From NCBI GenBank assembly GCA_963718915.1, contig CAVRAI010000006.1, positions 60,001 to 92,000 of the forward strand: a stretch of DNA of 32,000 nucleotides, given 5' to 3'. The position numbers and the translations under genes were made by a program. The notes beneath the pieces are model-generated. The model saw nothing but the letters and a program-made list of their open reading frames with translations, searched no databases and was not told the DNA's origin. Shown piece after piece: positions 30,586 through 32,000 of this stretch; within the stretch, counting starts at the first letter, position 1, and every line of letters starts with the position of its first letter. Origin of the DNA: an uncultured Chloroflexia bacterium. Its GTDB lineage: Bacteria > Chloroflexota > Ktedonobacteria > Ktedonobacterales > JADMIN01.

Positions 30586-31911
30586 ATGGCTCAGGCGCCC
30601 GTTCCCGGACGGCTCGCGAGGCAGTTACGCTCGTGGAGATCGCGGATTGCCCTGTTCGACGAGCGTGCTGTGGTAACCAGCACAGGGGATATCCGTAGCT
30701 TCACGTGGCCCGTGCTCGTCTTCTTTCTCGGCGCGTTGATTGTCACCGCCGTCCAGATGTGGCTAACCCTCAGCGCAGAGAATCACTCTCCACTGCTGTC
30801 GGAACTCGTCTTTATCGCCAGCCTCGCCATCGCGGCCTGGGCGCGCGCTTTGCGACCTGTCTGGGGCATTATTGGCCTTTCCCTGCTGGCCATCGCGCTT
30901 TGTGTCCTGCTCGATATGATGACCCACGCCGATTGGGGGAATATCGGACTGTACGTTGTCATTGTCACCGTTGTCTACCGCCTGCCGTTGCGCTTGAGTC
31001 TCCCGATCGCCGCGCTCTGCGCCCTGATCATTCTCATTTCTGAAGGACTGGTCGACCTGCTGCTTGGCAATGGGCGTGTCAATGGCGCAAATATTGTCAG
31101 TCAGGGGTTGATTATCGGCTTCGCGTTTGCCGCCTCGCTGTCGCAACGTAGTCGCCACCTGCTCATCAATCGGCTCGAGCGGGCGCAGGAGCGACTGCGC
31201 GATGAGATGGGGCGCACGGCGGAGCTTGCGGCGGCTCGCGAGCGCGCCCGCATTGCCCGCGATGTCCACGATGTGCTCGCCCATTCGCTGACGGTGCTCT
31301 CGGTGCAGGCGCAGGCGTTGCGACAACTCGTTCGTGATGACCCGGAGCGGGCGGCGGCGTTGCTCGACCAGATGGCAGAGGTGTTGCGTGAGAGCCAGGT
31401 GGAGAGTCGGCAGATCGTTGGGCTGTTACGCGAGACTATGCCAGAGGATGGTGGCGCGGCGAGTATCGCGACTGGTTTGCGCGTGACGGCGGAGCGCTTC
31501 GCAGAGCGCACGGGGATGCGCTGCACGCTGCATGAGTCTGGCAAGCCTGTCCACCTCTCTGCCCAACACGTCGAGACACTGCGGTTTGCCTTGCTGGAGG
31601 CTCTCACCAATGCCTATCGCCATGGCAAGGCAACAGAAGCTGAGGCGGAGATCGTATGGGAGAACACCGTCGTGCGGTTCTTGGTTCGCGATAACGGCGC
31701 TGGCGTGGCGTCGGTCACAGCGGGCGAGGGGCCGGGTAACGGATTGCGTGGGATGCGCGAGCGCGCCGAGGCGCTTGGAGGGTCGGTCGAAGTTGGGCCA
31801 CGAATAGACGGCGGTGGATTCGCTCTCAGCCTGACGCTACCACTCCACGCGGGGCAATCTGAGGCGCCAGCGGTTGATGTGAATCAGAAATTTGGAGACA
31901 AGATAGCATGA
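30586..31911 (+). CDS. sensor histidine kinase (HisKA_3/NarL-partner type) with N-terminal membrane domain
   Basis: AAAGGAGG lies 7 nt before ATG 30586. Several TM helices are followed by ERARIARDVHDVLAHSLTVLSVQAQAL (H-box), then the N-box EALTNAYRHG and G-box DNGAGV...GNGLRGMRERAEALGG. Confidence 0.85.
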   Translation: MAQAPVPGRLARQLRSWRSRIALFDERAVVTSTGDIRSFTWPVLVFFLGALIVTAVQMWLTLSAENHSPLLSELVFIASLAIAAWARALRPVWGIIGLSLLAIALCVLLDMMTHADWGNIGLYVVIVTVVYRLPLRLSLPIAALCALIILISEGLVDLLLGNGRVNGANIVSQGLIIGFAFAASLSQRSRHLLINRLERAQERLRDEMGRTAELAAARERARIARDVHDVLAHSLTVLSVQAQALRQLVRDDPERAAALLDQMAEVLRESQVESRQIVGLLRETMPEDGGAASIATGLRVTAERFAERTGMRCTLHESGKPVHLSAQHVETLRFALLEALTNAYRHGKATEAEAEIVWENTVVRFLVRDNGAGVASVTAGEGPGNGLRGMRERAEALGGSVEVGPRIDGGGFALSLTLPLHAGQSEAPAVDVNQKFGDKIA

Positions 31912-32000
31912 GCACAGACATGAATATGGAAAGGATTCGTGTGGCCCTGGCCGATGACCAGCGGCTGTTACGCGAGGGACTGCGCATCATCATCGAGGCG
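31908..32000 (+). CDS. response regulator, receiver domain N-terminus (partial, runs off window)
   Basis: The ATG overlaps the kinase stop (ATGA). MSTDMNMERIRVALADDQRLLREGLRIIIEA is a typical NarL/LuxR-family receiver start (V-x-L-x-DD). Confidence 0.6.
   Translation, partial: MSTDMNMERIRVALADDQRLLREGLRIIIEA

Noticed and set aside
1-32000. CRISPR arrays, rRNA genes, integrases, transposases or prophage structural genes.
   Set aside because: There are no regularly spaced identical repeats with unique spacers. I saw no rRNA-like conserved blocks. No ORF carries recombinase or transposase motifs (no DDE, Tyr- or Ser-recombinase signatures recognised).

Overview
GC-rich bacterial chromosomal segment. 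Gene content and repeat style resemble a large-genome, high-GC filamentous lineage such as Chloroflexota/Ktedonobacteria, but taxon cannot be proven from this window. All calls come from reading the ORF translations and the DNA by eye; no database search or HMM was run, so family names are recognition from memory.

I support about 30 protein-coding genes:
- Housekeeping: paaA, recF, an AroA-like EPSP-synthase-family gene, folD, miaA.
- Regulators: two sigma-type factors (one translationally coupled to a zf-HC2 anti-sigma factor), a small stand-alone ZAS-type anti-sigma protein, an Lrp/AsnC regulator divergent from an APC permease, a NarL-type two-component pair, and a zinc-ribbon Ser/Thr kinase.
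- Accessory: Uma2 endonuclease, DUF433, a DinD-like gene with a divergent XRE regulator, a GNAT, a pentapeptide-repeat protein, and a TIR-TPR protein.

Two genes are clearly broken: a TIR-TPR paralog with at least five frame disruptions and a cyclase-family gene with two. Most other listed ORFs are alternate-frame or antisense shadows typical of GC-rich DNA. I found no rRNA, tRNA or CRISPR array.

The most notable non-genic structure is a set of intergenic hairpin repeat families (REP/MITE-like). One 175-bp copy has 31-bp terminal inverted repeats, and the stems show compensatory changes between copies. These repeats cluster at both TIR-TPR loci.

Other points worth a second look:
- A duplicated 17-bp palindromic site upstream of an out-of-context recF.
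- A plus-strand terminator-like hairpin with no plus-strand gene upstream of it.
- Two visibly lower-GC islets (DUF433; DinD-like plus XRE).
- 34-36-bp direct repeats bracketing the Uma2 gene.

No multi-gene system here can be confidently called novel. The best candidate for uncharacterised conflict or defence biology is the stand-alone TIR-TPR gene with its repeat-rich, nuclease-bearing neighbourhood.
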